Shown here: positions 41,401 through 54,900 of the stretch, piece by piece | Layout of the letters: the number at the start of each line of letters is the position of its first letter | Position numbering within the stretch: the stretch's first letter is position 1 | Assembly (NCBI GenBank): GCA_050613775.1 | Contig: JBODTK010000115.1 | Coordinates: forward strand, 248,001-312,000 | DNA: 64,000 nucleotides | Direction of reading: 5' to 3' | Source of the DNA: Neocallimastix sp. 'constans' | Lineage: Eukaryota | Notes under the pieces: model-generated | Database searches by the model: none | The model's input: only the letters and a program-made list of their open reading frames with translations | Told to the model about the DNA's origin: nothing | Program-made: the position numbers and the translations under genes

Positions 41401-44400
41401 ATTAATTGTATCTTTTTTCTCGTTATCTTTCACTTCATCCTTTTCTTTTATTTCTTCTTCTACAGGTTGATCTTCTTCAATTTCAGTAATTTCACCACTA
41501 ATAAGTTTAGCAATCTTTTTCAACACATAAGAATATTCTAATCTAGCTACTCTTCTAGCAAGAGAACCTTTAGCGGTCACTGGGAACTTTTTACCATAAT
41601 CAATAATAACAATATTATTTATGGTAAGTTGTTTAGCCCAATTACTTAAACTCTTAGAACTATCCATCAATACAGAGTAAATACTATTCCATGTTTGTTT
41701 TTGAGCTATCTTTCGGAGATGAATAATTTCTTCCTTACTCATATCTTCAGGCTTAAGACGAGTATCAAATGGTTTTCCATCTTCCATAATAATTTCTGAC
41801 CAGTTAGGTTCAATGAAACTGACAACTTCATATTGAGTATCATCTAAGAGAAGACAACAATGTTTAATATCTTCACAATCTTGAGTGATGGTTTCTTCAA
41901 ATGGAAGTGGATTCATCTTTAAACCGGTAGCAAAAGTAAGAACATCATCTACTCTTGAAACATACTTATATTTACCAGATTTTGGACTGCGAATCCAGAT
42001 ATCATTTGTTTTATAATAATTTAATCCATCAATATTAGTGAAAAGATTTTCGGCATCCACATCCACACGAACTCCTGGAAGTGGTGATTCATAATATTCC
42101 CCTTTTATAGCTCTTCTGGCATAACCAGGAGAAAGATAAGTAGAGTAGGCAAATAATTCACCAATATTTGGATTTTTTTCATCCAAAGGTTTTAAGTAGA
42201 AATCAAACCATGGAACTCTAGTGAAATATCCTTCTTCACCTGGAAGATCTTTATCAACGACATCTCTGTACATCATCATATTAGATTCCGATGAACCATA
42301 TTCACATACAATTTTATGATTAAATTCTCTTTGGAACCATTCTGAAACTTCTTGACTTAATGGGGCCCCACCGGTTCTAAAAGCACAATGGCTTCTTGAT
42401 TTTATGAATTCTTTCCAAACTGGACATTTTGGATGATTACTATCAAATAATTTTTTAAATTCAGAATACTAATTATTTTTTTTTTTTTTTTTGTTGTTGG
42501 TTTTGTTGTTGTTTTATTTTATTTTTTATTTTATTTTTTTTAATTTTTTTATTTTATTTTTTTGTATTTTTTTTGGGGTTGTTGAATTCATACAATTATA
42601 AAATAATAAAAAAATAAAATAAAATAATAATTAAATATAAATATATATATATATTTAAAAATATAAATATTATAAAAAAATATGACATGTATCGTAATTA
42701 TTAAAATAATAATAGAAAAAAAAATATTATTATATATATAATTAAAATATGAACATTAGTAATTTTGTTTTTAAAAGTTCAATAATAATTTGATAATAAA
42801 AATTATTACTACTATTATTATTAATTAGTAATTAAATTGTCATATATTATCAATATCAATAAAAATAAATATTTCTATAAAAATATAATATATATATAAA
42901 AAAATAAAAAATAAAATTTATAAAAATAAAATTATTTATTTATTTTACATGGAATGGGAATAATAAAATTCTTTGCACGTTTGTTTCCAAAATATCATTT
43001 AAAACATTTTCTGGAATGAAACCAATATCACGTAATTGTTGGGTATGATACACCATTGCTCCACCATAGGTAATACCATAAGAAAGAACCCAAGAATTAC
43101 CCATACCATGATAGAATGGAACACTATAAAAAATTTTATGATAATCGAATAGATTTTATTTTTTAAAGATAAAAAAAAACAATATGAATATAAATTATTA
43201 TTTTATCATAATTAATAAAAAAAAATAATTAAAAATAAAATAAAATAAAATAATAATACAATTAATATTCTTATTCATTCATAATCTATATCTATAAATA
43301 TCTATATATATTATTAATATTTTTTCCTAAATTGAGCTTACTTCACAAATGTACTAATATATTGTTCAGTACTATGACCCAAGAAATTTTGATAAGGTGT
43401 ACAATTATTATGAGCTTCAAAGGAAACAAATTTCATTTCTTATAATAAAATGAAGAATACAAATATATATAATATTTCATTTTAAATATGCAAAATATAT
43501 ATATATATTTTAAAATTATTTATATAAAAATAAAAATAAATAGATATTAATAATAATATATATATATAATTTATTTAATATTTATATAAAATAAAATAAA
43601 ATAAAATAAAATAAAAAATATATGATTATGTTTAAAATATATATTATACGTATGTGTATTTTTATATATGAATTTTTAAAATATACATTGAAAAAAAAAT
43701 TTATTTTATTTTTATTTTCTTTCTTGAATTCATAAATATTCTTTTTTTTTTTTTTTTTTGTTATTGTTGTTGCTTTCTAAATATATATATATATATATCT
43801 TTTTTTTTCTTCTACTTTTTTTTTTTAATATATATAAACTTACTTGAACATTGACCATTTTTAATGATAGCTTGTGAAGAAGATGAAGTACCCACAATGG
43901 TAACAATATCTTCTTTACTTCCTTGACGTCTAAAACATTTGCCTTCTAATTTAGCTTGATAAATTTCTTCACAAAATTCTTTTTGATACATGGAAAACAT
44001 GGGAATCCCCTTATAACCTGCACTTAAATGATACTCATCTTCCTTTAGAGGATATTCCCATGGCCATATCCATTCCCCTCCTTCATCCAATGGTTTTTGT
44101 TTCTTTTCATCATATATAATTAAATTTTTATCATAGAAAAGCATTTTAATATCCAACATTCTAACCCAAAATTGTTTTACATCATTACCTAACTTTGGTG
44201 GAATACCAATGATAGTACAACGCATGTACCATAAAGCGTAGCATAATAATTGATAATGAGGTAAAGCATTACCGACGATACCTACTCTAGTGAATGGAGC
44301 AAGATCAAATCTTTTTTTAAGAACATAAGCGGTAGCCTTAACTAAATCTCCTAATTCACCGAAGGTTACGGTTAACCAAGGAGAAGGATAATCTGGATGG

Positions 44401-44982
44401 GGGACACCCTTAAAAGGTAAACCTAAAATATTTTCCTTCGAAACAATAGCAATATGGTCTTTTGATCCTTCAAAACGATTATCCAATCTTTCTTGCATTG
44501 TTTTCATTTCATAACCTTTTAAACTTTTTTTTTAAAAAGTAAAATAAAAACAAAAATAAAAAATTTTTTAATTGTTAATAATAAGGATATTTGTAATTAT
44601 TATTTAAATTATATATATATATATTTATCTAAAAAATATATAAATTATATGTAATAAATGATTTTAATATACTAAAAATAATAATTATTATTATTTTATA
44701 ATTAATAGAAATAACTAATTGATGTTTTTATTTATATATAAATTATTCATTAAAGATATTATAAAGTCCATTCATTATTTATTGAAGTTTAGTATTATAT
44801 ATATTTATATATTTTTTTTTAATATTTAAACATTATTTTTAAAAGATTTTTATTATTTATATATATATAAATATATTTTCATTTATTTTTTACCTAACTT
44901 CATCTTCTCCATGTTTAAAATAATCAGTTTCCGTTTTTGATTTATCATTTCTATCGATAGTACCATCTATTATTACAACCAT
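38443..44982 (-). CDS. Copy B: intact hybrid NRPS-like/PKS synthetase, adenylation - thiolation - ketosynthase - degenerate AT; exons 44982-44894, 44523-43844, 43438-43342, 43123-42949, 42468-38443; 1688 aa
   Basis: Exon lengths 89+680+97+175+4026 = 5067 nt, open, with four GT-AG introns. A-domain motifs: VPFYHGMG, TGGAPL, YGSSE, YKTND, SRVDD...GLKMNP..FEE, PVTAKG. Carrier motif: SIDSL. KS motifs: VAVIGMALRLPG, MDPRQR, DTACS, HGTGT, KTNIGH, VSSFG. AT active site reads GFGFGE instead of GHSxGE. The protein ends at the post-AT linker LPTYPFQRSTYWP. Confidence 0.93.
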
Positions 44983-46278
44983 TTTCTTCAATTTTTTTTT
45001 TTTCTTCTTCTTCTTCTTCTTCTTTGTTAATTATCTATGTATCTATATATTTTTATTCTTTATTCTCTAATAGGGTTGAAAAATAAACTATTTTTCTATT
45101 CTTAACTATTATCATAATTTTGCATATATATGTATAATAATAATAAAATATATAAAATTTTATGTTATATATAATAATTTGTTAATACATTTTCTTTTTT
45201 TTATTATTATTATTAATTCTTTATATATATATATATATATATATTAATTTATATATTAAAAATTTTATATAAATATTTTTATATATATTTTATACTTTAA
45301 TAAAAAAAAACTTTTTTGCTTAATGACTGATGTTGATATATAATTATTTACAAATTGTTATTAATTATTATTGCTAATAAAAAAATTTTTATACAGCAGA
45401 AATTTCGTTATATTATTTTTCTTTCTTAAATAAGATAATTTTAAATAATAAATATAATATCTATTTTAATTACTATTATTTTTCTTTTATTTTTTATTTC
45501 TTTTTTTTTTTATTATATATATCTTTTTAATAAGAATTTATCTTTTAAATAAAAAAAGAAATATCTTTTTAAAAGCTGCAATAAAAATAAAAAATGAAAA
45601 AAAAATAAAATAAAGTTTTTTTAAAAAAAAATAAAAAGATAAATTTTTTTATTAATGAATTTATATATAAATATATTAAAAATGTTTCAAAAAGAAACCT
45701 AATCAATGAAAGTTTGATTTTTATCTTTTTATTTTTATTAATATAATATTACATATATTTATATTTATATTTATTTATATCTATTTATATTTATCCATTA
45801 TATATTTAATTTTTTATATTTAATTTTTTATATATATTAATTTATTTAAAAAATAAAATATTATATAAATATATATATAATAATTAATAAAAAAAAACAA
45901 TTAAAAAAATAAACAGATAGTTTAAAATAAAATAAAATAAATAGTTGAATATTGAATATAGTTAAAACATAGATTGAATAAAATAAATAAATAAATAAGT
46001 AAATAAATAAATAAGTAAAATAGGTTGAAATAGCCTATACATGAAAATTTTGCCAAACCAGCTCTGGTACTTATCATCATCACGTGATAAAATATTACAA
46101 TGTTATAATGTTATTTATTGATTTTTATAGTTTATTCTTCCACTTTATTAACATTTTCTTAATATTTTAATATTTTTATTTTAATCGTTGTATTTTTATT
46201 CTTATTCCATCCTTCTTCATGTGTTATTCTTTATTATTATTTACTATTATATATTTTATTATTTGAACTTTACAATAT

Positions 46279-46590
46279 ATAATATAAATATATAATATTT
46301 TATTATTTATTATTTATTATTTATTATTTATTTATTATTTATTATTTATTATTTATTTATTATTTATTATTTATTATTTATTATTTATTATGTATATTTT
46401 ATTATTTATTATTTATTATTTATTATTTAATTATTTATTATTTAATTATTTATTATTTATTATTTATTATTTATTATTTATTATTTATTTATTATTTATT
46501 TATTATTTAATTATTTATTATTTATTATTTATTATTTATTATTTATTATTTATTATTTATTATTTATTATTTATTATTTATATTTTATTA
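46279..46590. repeat. (TTATTTA)n microsatellite bracketed by a ~50-bp direct repeat
   Basis: Heptamer tract visible; TTACTATTATATATTTTATTATTTGAACTTTACA occurs at ~46241 and ~46592. Confidence 0.8.
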
Positions 46591-49500
46591 TTTACTATTA
46601 TATATTTTATTATTTGAACTTTACATATATAATAAATAATAAAATATTTTATATTTTATATTTATATAATATAAAAATTATTTAAATAATATTTTAATAC
46701 AAATATTCTTTTTTTTTTAATTCACTTATAAAACCTTTTTTTTTTTTATTTTTTTTTTTTGTTAATAAAATGTTTTTTGATCCCTTTTTTATTTTTTATT
46801 TTCTTTTTAAAGAAAAAAAAATAAAAACATTTTTAATTATTATTAATAAAACAAATAATAAAATTTGAAATTTATATATTTAACTTTTATTTCTATTTTA
46901 TATTTTTTATATTTTTTATATTCTATTCGAATATTAATATTAAAAATTCATCTATTAAAGTTTTTTATGTTTATATTTTTTAAAGTTATTTAATTATTTT
47001 TTTTTTTTTTTTGATTTTTTTTATTTTTTTATTTAATATATATTAAGGTTTTTAAAAAAAATTTTTTAATTTTTAATTTTTTAATTTTTAATTTTTAATT
47101 TCTATTTTTTTAATTTGTCACAAAAAATTTAATTTATTTAATAGTTTATGGTTACACACATCTTTCTATTTTTGGTAAATTTTTATTTTAATTATCATCA
47201 AAAAAAAGATTTAAAAAAAAAAAATTAAAAAAAAAATTTAGAAAATAGAAATTAAATAAATAAATAAACAAAAGATTAAAATATAAAATAATGAAAGGAA
47301 TATTAATAAAAATATAAATATTAATAAAAATAAAAATATTAATAAAAATAAAAATAAAAATAAAAATAAAAATTAGAATGAAAAAAAAAACAAAATGTAA
47401 AATAGATAAATAAATAGAAAAATATTATTTGTAGATAGAAAGATATGTATTATCTATTTATTAATCATAAACTCATTTTTCAATTTTTCATTTTCTTTTT
47501 TCTTTTCTTTTTTTTAAAAAAATAATTATAATGGAAACATTAGTCATTTATTATAAAAATTATTAAACAAAAAAAAAAAAAAATAGAAAAACATTTATTT
47601 ATTTATTTATTTATTTATTTATTGGTTCATTTTATTGGTTCATTTTATTTGTTTATTTATTGCATATTGCATATTGCATATTATCTATAAATGAAAATAA
47701 ACTTTATTAAATAGTAAAATAAAAATAAAAAATTTGAAAAAAAATAAAAAATATATAAAAAAAAAGTTTATTTTTTTCCATTTATTATTAAATGATTGAT
47801 ATTAGAGTAATATAAATTATTATTAGAAAAGTTTGATGATCCATATTAATAATTAAATTTATTTTATTAAAGATTAACAAGAAAAAAATAAATGAATGAA
47901 TGATATATATACAAATAAATAAATAGTAAATAATAAATAAATTACTGATAAATAAATAATACTTCAAAAATTAAAATTAAAAAATCTAAACAATAAAAAA
48001 AAATTCTTATATTATTAGCAATAGTAATAAATCAACTACTTAATTATTACTATTAAACACTAATAGAAAAAAAAAATAAGTTTATTTATAAATATTTATT
48101 CATCTAAAATGAATAATAAAATTTCTTTTCTCTTTTTTTTTTTTTTTGCTTTTTTTTTTTTTTTTTTGGAAAAATTTCTTTACCACAATTAAAAAAAACA
48201 TTTTCCTGTGTTAAAATATAAAATTAACAAAATTTTAATATATTTAAAATAAAGATAAAAAAATTATACTTTTTTTTTTGTTTATACATCAATCTTCCTG
48301 TCTGTCTGTTTATCTATCTATTTATCTGTTTACCTATCTATTTATGCTATCTATTTATGATTTTATTTTTATAAATATATATATATATAAGTATATATTT
48401 TTATTTTTAATTTTTAATTTATAAGAGGAATTGCTAGTAGGTTAAACGTTGGAATGGATAGGTTGGTAATTCTATTTTAAGAACAGAACATGATTTTTAT
48501 GTTTCAGCTTCCACTCTACTATTCACTACCTTCCAATCAATGTTTTGTCCATTTTCATATTCATTCATAATGAATTGATCGAAAAGACTCTTCTTTGTCC
48601 CATCATCAAAGAATTCAATAATATTAAGTGATGATGGAGATCGGGATATAATTTCTTGATCACCATTCATACTGTAAAGCGTCATTTTCTTACTCTTTGA
48701 TGCATATTTATCATTAAAAAATGAATAGTCATTCTTCTTTATTTCATTCTTACTCTTCATGATGGTAGAAATATCTTCAAAGGAAAAGCTTTCTCCATTC
48801 TTGAATTTTTTTTTCAAGAGATGGAATAAAGATCGTTTTTTTTGGAATTTTGGAATGGATTATTTTTTATACCAGGAAGAAAGATCAGTGGTCGTACCAT
48901 TTTCAGAATAAATTTCAAGATGTTGAGAAATACCATGTCCTTTGGAAGCAACCTGTTTGAATATAGCTTCATTATCTTCATTTTCATCATCAAAAATTTC
49001 CATTCTTTTTTCAAGATCATTATAGAGTTCATGAGCATTCTTACCAATCGCTGAAGTTCTATAATCGAAATGTTGACGACCAACATTTGAGGTGTAACAG
49101 AGATCTTCAATATTTTCTTCATTATCTTCCATACCTTCAAGGTCATTTATATAATTCTCACATAATTCATTTAATGCCGCTGGAGTTTTAGCACTAATGG
49201 TTAAGATATGATCTTCTTTACTATCCTTACTCTTCTTAACATCTTCCTCCTTTCCATTTTCTGGAATGTATTCTTGAAGAATGATATGAACAATACTACC
49301 TTATAAACCAAAGGAAGATACTTGAGCAATACGTGGTTTGTTATCTTGTGTTTCCCATGGTATGGTTTTGGTAGCAATTTGAATTGGAATGGAGTGGATA
49401 TCAATTTCTGGATTAAGGGTATTGAAGTGTAAATTCTTTTAGAATATATTTATGTTGCATAGCTTAAGATGACTTTAGCCATACCGGCTAAACCAGCTGC

Positions 49501-51229
49501 TTCATTGGTATGTCCAATATTTGTTTTCACACTTCCAGTCACTAATGGATTTTCTTCGGTGTGCCTGCCTCCATAAACTTGATTAAGGGCGTGGACTTGA
49601 CCATCAGAGGATGGTGCACTAATCCATTGTCTTAAACCATTTTGACCAACTGCTGGTACCCAAGATGACAAAAAGAATATTATCTCCATCACGAACAGCA
49701 TCTTCAAGACGTTTCAAAATAAGCGTAACACATCCTTCACCAGGCGCGAAACCATCAGCATCCTTATCAAACGTGGCACAACGACCATGAGGAGAAGTCA
49801 TACGAGCAACACTGGTTCTATGGAATTCAGAGGAGGAATATAGATATTTAACTCCGGTAACCACTGATAAGTCACAATCTCCAAATTGTAAGGAACGACA
49901 AGCAGAGTGGAGGGCGGAAGCACCTGTGGAACAGGCAGTATCGATAGTAAAGGAAGGTCCGAAAAGTTTATAGAAGTAACTGAGACGGCCGGCAATACCA
50001 CTTGGAGTAGAATGTGCAGAAATAGGTGGGATGATACCGTTTTCTTTCATTAAATCTTGATAGTCATGATCATCATTACAATCAATGAAAACTCCTGTGA
50101 TCGTATTTTCTAAAGGAATTTGGAGCAATACCTGAATTTTCTAAAGCTTCCCAACTCGTTTCTAAGACCCAACGTTGTCTTGGGTCCATACTATTGACAT
50201 CTTCGGGTAAATAATTGAAGAACTTCTACATCAAATTCAGAGGGTTTAGCAACACATGGACGAGTATCATAACAACCACATTTTGAAATAGTATGTTCAT
50301 TTTTACCTAATAGATGAGCTAGTTTTTTAGCATAACCATTACGCAATTTTATATCCTTCACTGGAAGCATAACACAATCTTTACCTTTTGCTAAAGTCAT
50401 CCAGAAGGATTTAGTATTATTAATGGCACCCGGTAAACGAAGAGCCATACCATTAATAGCGACCTTTCCATCTATATTATTTTCTTTCATGGATTTTGGA
50501 ATAGCCATGGCTTCCTTTTCAAGTTTATTGGTATAACCTGGCATATATTTAGCAAGGTCATAAGGAGTACCATAATGAAATAAGGTGGAAGCTGAAAATT
50601 CCTTTTTAGTTCTTCTTGCTAACATATTAATTAATTTTCTGGTAGCAAGAGAATCGATACTATACATAGTGAATGGAGCATTAACATTGAAATTTACGAA
50701 ATCTGGAGTAGAAGGAATAATTTCTTTAATTGATTCATAAACTGTCATTAATATCTTTTGAATTTCTTCATTAATTTCTTCTTGAGTCTTTTGTTTCTTA
50801 AATTCATTATCATTACCATTATCATTTTCATTTTCATTTTCAACTTTTTCTTTTTCTTCTTCGTTTTTATTTTCATTATTAAATGTATTTTTTTTCAATA
50901 TAACTATATAGAAAAAAAAATTATGTACATAAAAGATATATATATATATATATATATATTTTTTATTAATTTTACTTGGAATGGGAATAATAAAATGGTT
51001 TGTATATTTGTTTCCAAAATATCATCTAAACCATTTTCTGGAGTGAAGTCAAAGTTAATATCACGTAATTGTTGGTTATGATATACCATTGCTCCACCAT
51101 AGGTCATTTCATAAGTAAGGACCCAGAAATTACCCGTACCATGACAGAAAGGAACACTATAGGAAAAGTTTATAGAAAAAAAAAAAAAAAAATTGTAATT
51201 GAATGAATTTATTATTTAATGATAAAATA

Positions 51230-51879
<650 letters not shown>

Positions 51880-51893
51880 GATTAAGAGTCTCA
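51880..51893 (+). promoter_or_regulatory. Putative primer-binding site GATTAAGAGTCTCA, complementary to the anticodon arm of tRNA-Lys(CUU)
   Basis: Abuts the 5' LTR and lacks the TGG of a 3'-CCA PBS. The reverse complement TGAGACTCTTAATC matches the anticodon stem-loop of eukaryotic tRNA-Lys(CTT) as I recall it. ATTAAGAGTCTCA recurs at 61015-61027 before a related gag relic. Confidence 0.7.
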
Positions 51894-51955
51894 GTTGACT
51901 CATATTCATTTATTATTAAAAGTACTTAATTAATACGCTTCACCGCTTCAAAATC

Positions 51956-54900
51956 ATGCATGACTTTAACTTAGCTAAGGACCAACGCCTCTATGGAAAA
52001 TCCAACTTTAATGAGTGGAAATTACTTATTGACAATGCCGCTAAACGTCAAGGCATTAAGGAATTCATGGAAGTCGACGTCGTTAGAAAACTTAATGATG
52101 TAGGTTTTAATTATAACCCCAATGTCATCGATGTTACCAACAAGGTAATTACTAAATTAATTACCAAAATGTTGCCGCAGGCTCCTGCTGCACCTATTCG
52201 AAACAATAATGCTGAGGTTAATCGAAACAATGACGTTGATATCAATACTCAGCTAACTAACTTTTTTTGGTAATCCTCTTAATCATATCAGATTAGTTGA
52301 GGAAGCAGAAAGGATCGATGCTGACATGATAATCATGATCAGTAAGAATGTCGATGATTCTGTTTTAAGAGAAATCAAGCAGACTTAATAATGGTTTCCG
52401 TATAATGGAAAGACTCAAATCAAAATATGGAAATTCAAATGCTGATATGGAATACTGGCTTAAAAGGTTAAGAAGTATTAAAGCCAGAGATAGAAATCAA
52501 ATCATCGAAAAGCTAGAACTTATGAAAGAAACTTTCGATGATATGGAAGAACAACATGTTGGAGATCACTGATAAGGAAAAATTAAAATATCTCTATAAC
52601 ATACTACCGGATGATTATAAAAATATCATTCATATTAATTTGAATAGTGACCCTAATGTATATATTAATAATCTCAAAAGTTTTATTTATGCAAAATCTT
52701 ATCTAGAAAATTGGGAAGATAACAAAACCATTGAAAAAGGTTGATCCAATGGATCTAGATTTTATCGGTAGAGGAAAAAAGAACTAGTAATTCCTCAAAG
52801 AAAAATCAACACAACAACCATAGTAACAAAAGCTCTAACTCTAAGAACAGAGGAAAGCAAAATGGTAACCAATATAACAATAATAATAAAAGATAATAGT
52901 AACAAAGACAATAATAATAAATCATATTGCCACATTTGTGAAGTTAAAGGACACTCTACCAGAAACTGCATTTATAATATGAAGACGAAATCAAATCATA
53001 ATAAAGGGAGGCAAGAAAAGCTTCAAGTAAAGACCACATTAAATGATCATCCAAAGAAGTCTTTACATTTAATAAGTAAAATTTCTGATCCAGACAGTGC
53101 CAGTAGTTATGACGATAATTTTTGTTTTTTGAAGACGCAAGGGCACTGATAGAAAAACAAGAAGAAATAAACATTAACAATAAGGTTAAATTTTCTGGAT
53201 TAATTGAATACGTGAATGACAGTTTTATTATTCCAAAGGAAATAACAATTCCTAATAAAAAAGAGGAATTATATGTAAACAACATTAATTATTATGAAGA
53301 AAATGATAAGACTAGTGAATGGTTATATGATACCGGTGCTGGAGAACATATAACTAATGATTTTAATTTGCTAAATAATTTTATTCACTGAAAAAATAAA
53401 GTTAAGATGTGCCAATGGGACAATGTGTAGCTTCGAAGGATATGGTACTTACGAATGTTACATTAATGGAATATATGTACGACTAGACAGGGTATTATAT
53501 TCAAAAATCTGGAACTAAAAATCTTATTAGTGGCATAGAACTGGCCGAAATAGGATATAGAGTTATTATTGACACTGATGATTATACACATGGAAGATTT
53601 AACTTATGGGGTCCAAATAATGTATATATAGGAACTTATTATTCTACAAATGATAATCAATTCTTAGTAAATTACTTACAAGATTAATAAAAACTTTGAA
53701 GAAAAGGATAAAAATATTATGGCTTTAAACGAAGTTGATGAAAAAAAGCCTTGAAATTTGGCATAGAAGACTAGGTCATTATTACCTAGAAAACATAAAC
53801 AAATATCTAAGTTTACACCAAATAAAAACTCCTAAATGCATAGAATGTAAAGTAGCTAAAATGTCAAGGAAATCACACGGAGGAAAAACACCAAAAGCTT
53901 CGAAAATATTAGAAATAATACATTCAGACATTTCAGGTCCATACAATTCATCTATTAATAATAAAAAATACTTTATTACATTCATGGATGAATTCTTAAG
54001 AAAAGTATGGATAATATACTTTAAAATCTAAAAGCCGAAGCCCCCGAATTAATTGTGGAATTCTTCAAGTACTTAAATAACCAATTTGAAGAATATAATA
54101 TTAAAATATTTAAATCAGATGGAGGAAAGGAATTTAAAAATAAAACAGTTAATAAATACTGTAAAGAAAATGGAATAGAAAAAAACCTATTCTCCTCCAG
54201 GTTGTCCTGAAGTTAATGGAAAAGCTGAAAGAATAAACAGAACTCTTAGAAATTCAGCTAAAACTCTTCTATATTGGGCAGAATTATCAGAAAACTTTTG
54301 GAAATTTTGCCATAAAACAGGCATGCTACATATATAACTTAATTCCCCATTCAGGAAATAAATTTTTAATACCCAATGAAGTATTTTACAACAAAAAGGT
54401 AGAGTTAAAACAATTAAAAACTTTTGGTTGTGTGTGTTATTACAGGGATGATACGCAACACAAATCAAAATTTTTACCAAATGCTAAGAAGGGCGTATTC
54501 TTGGGATTTGATGATAAAAAAAATATTCATATATTATCATGGATATTGAATACAATAAAATGCATTACACTAACGATGTAGAATTCGTTGAAGAAGAGCC
54601 TAGTAAACACAAATACGAAACAAGCAATTATCTTACTTTTCATTTATGAAAGACAACAATAGAAAAGATAGGAATCCAGAAGATAATAATATAAATGAAG
54701 ATAATAATATAAACAATGAAAATAATTTTAATGGAAGAAACATCTTAAATGAAGAAAAAACATTTTAAATGAAAATATTAATAATGAAAGGACTACTAAT
54801 ACAGAACATAAAAGTAATTACATTAAAAATAAGCATGTCAATAATATATCGTTAAATGAAGTAAAACCAAGATTTTGATAATAAAGATATAAACCAGAAA

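Noticed and set aside
39168..41541. Alternative-frame ORFs repeated in all three synthetase copies
   Set aside because: They recur only because the underlying gene is duplicated; no independent coding signal.
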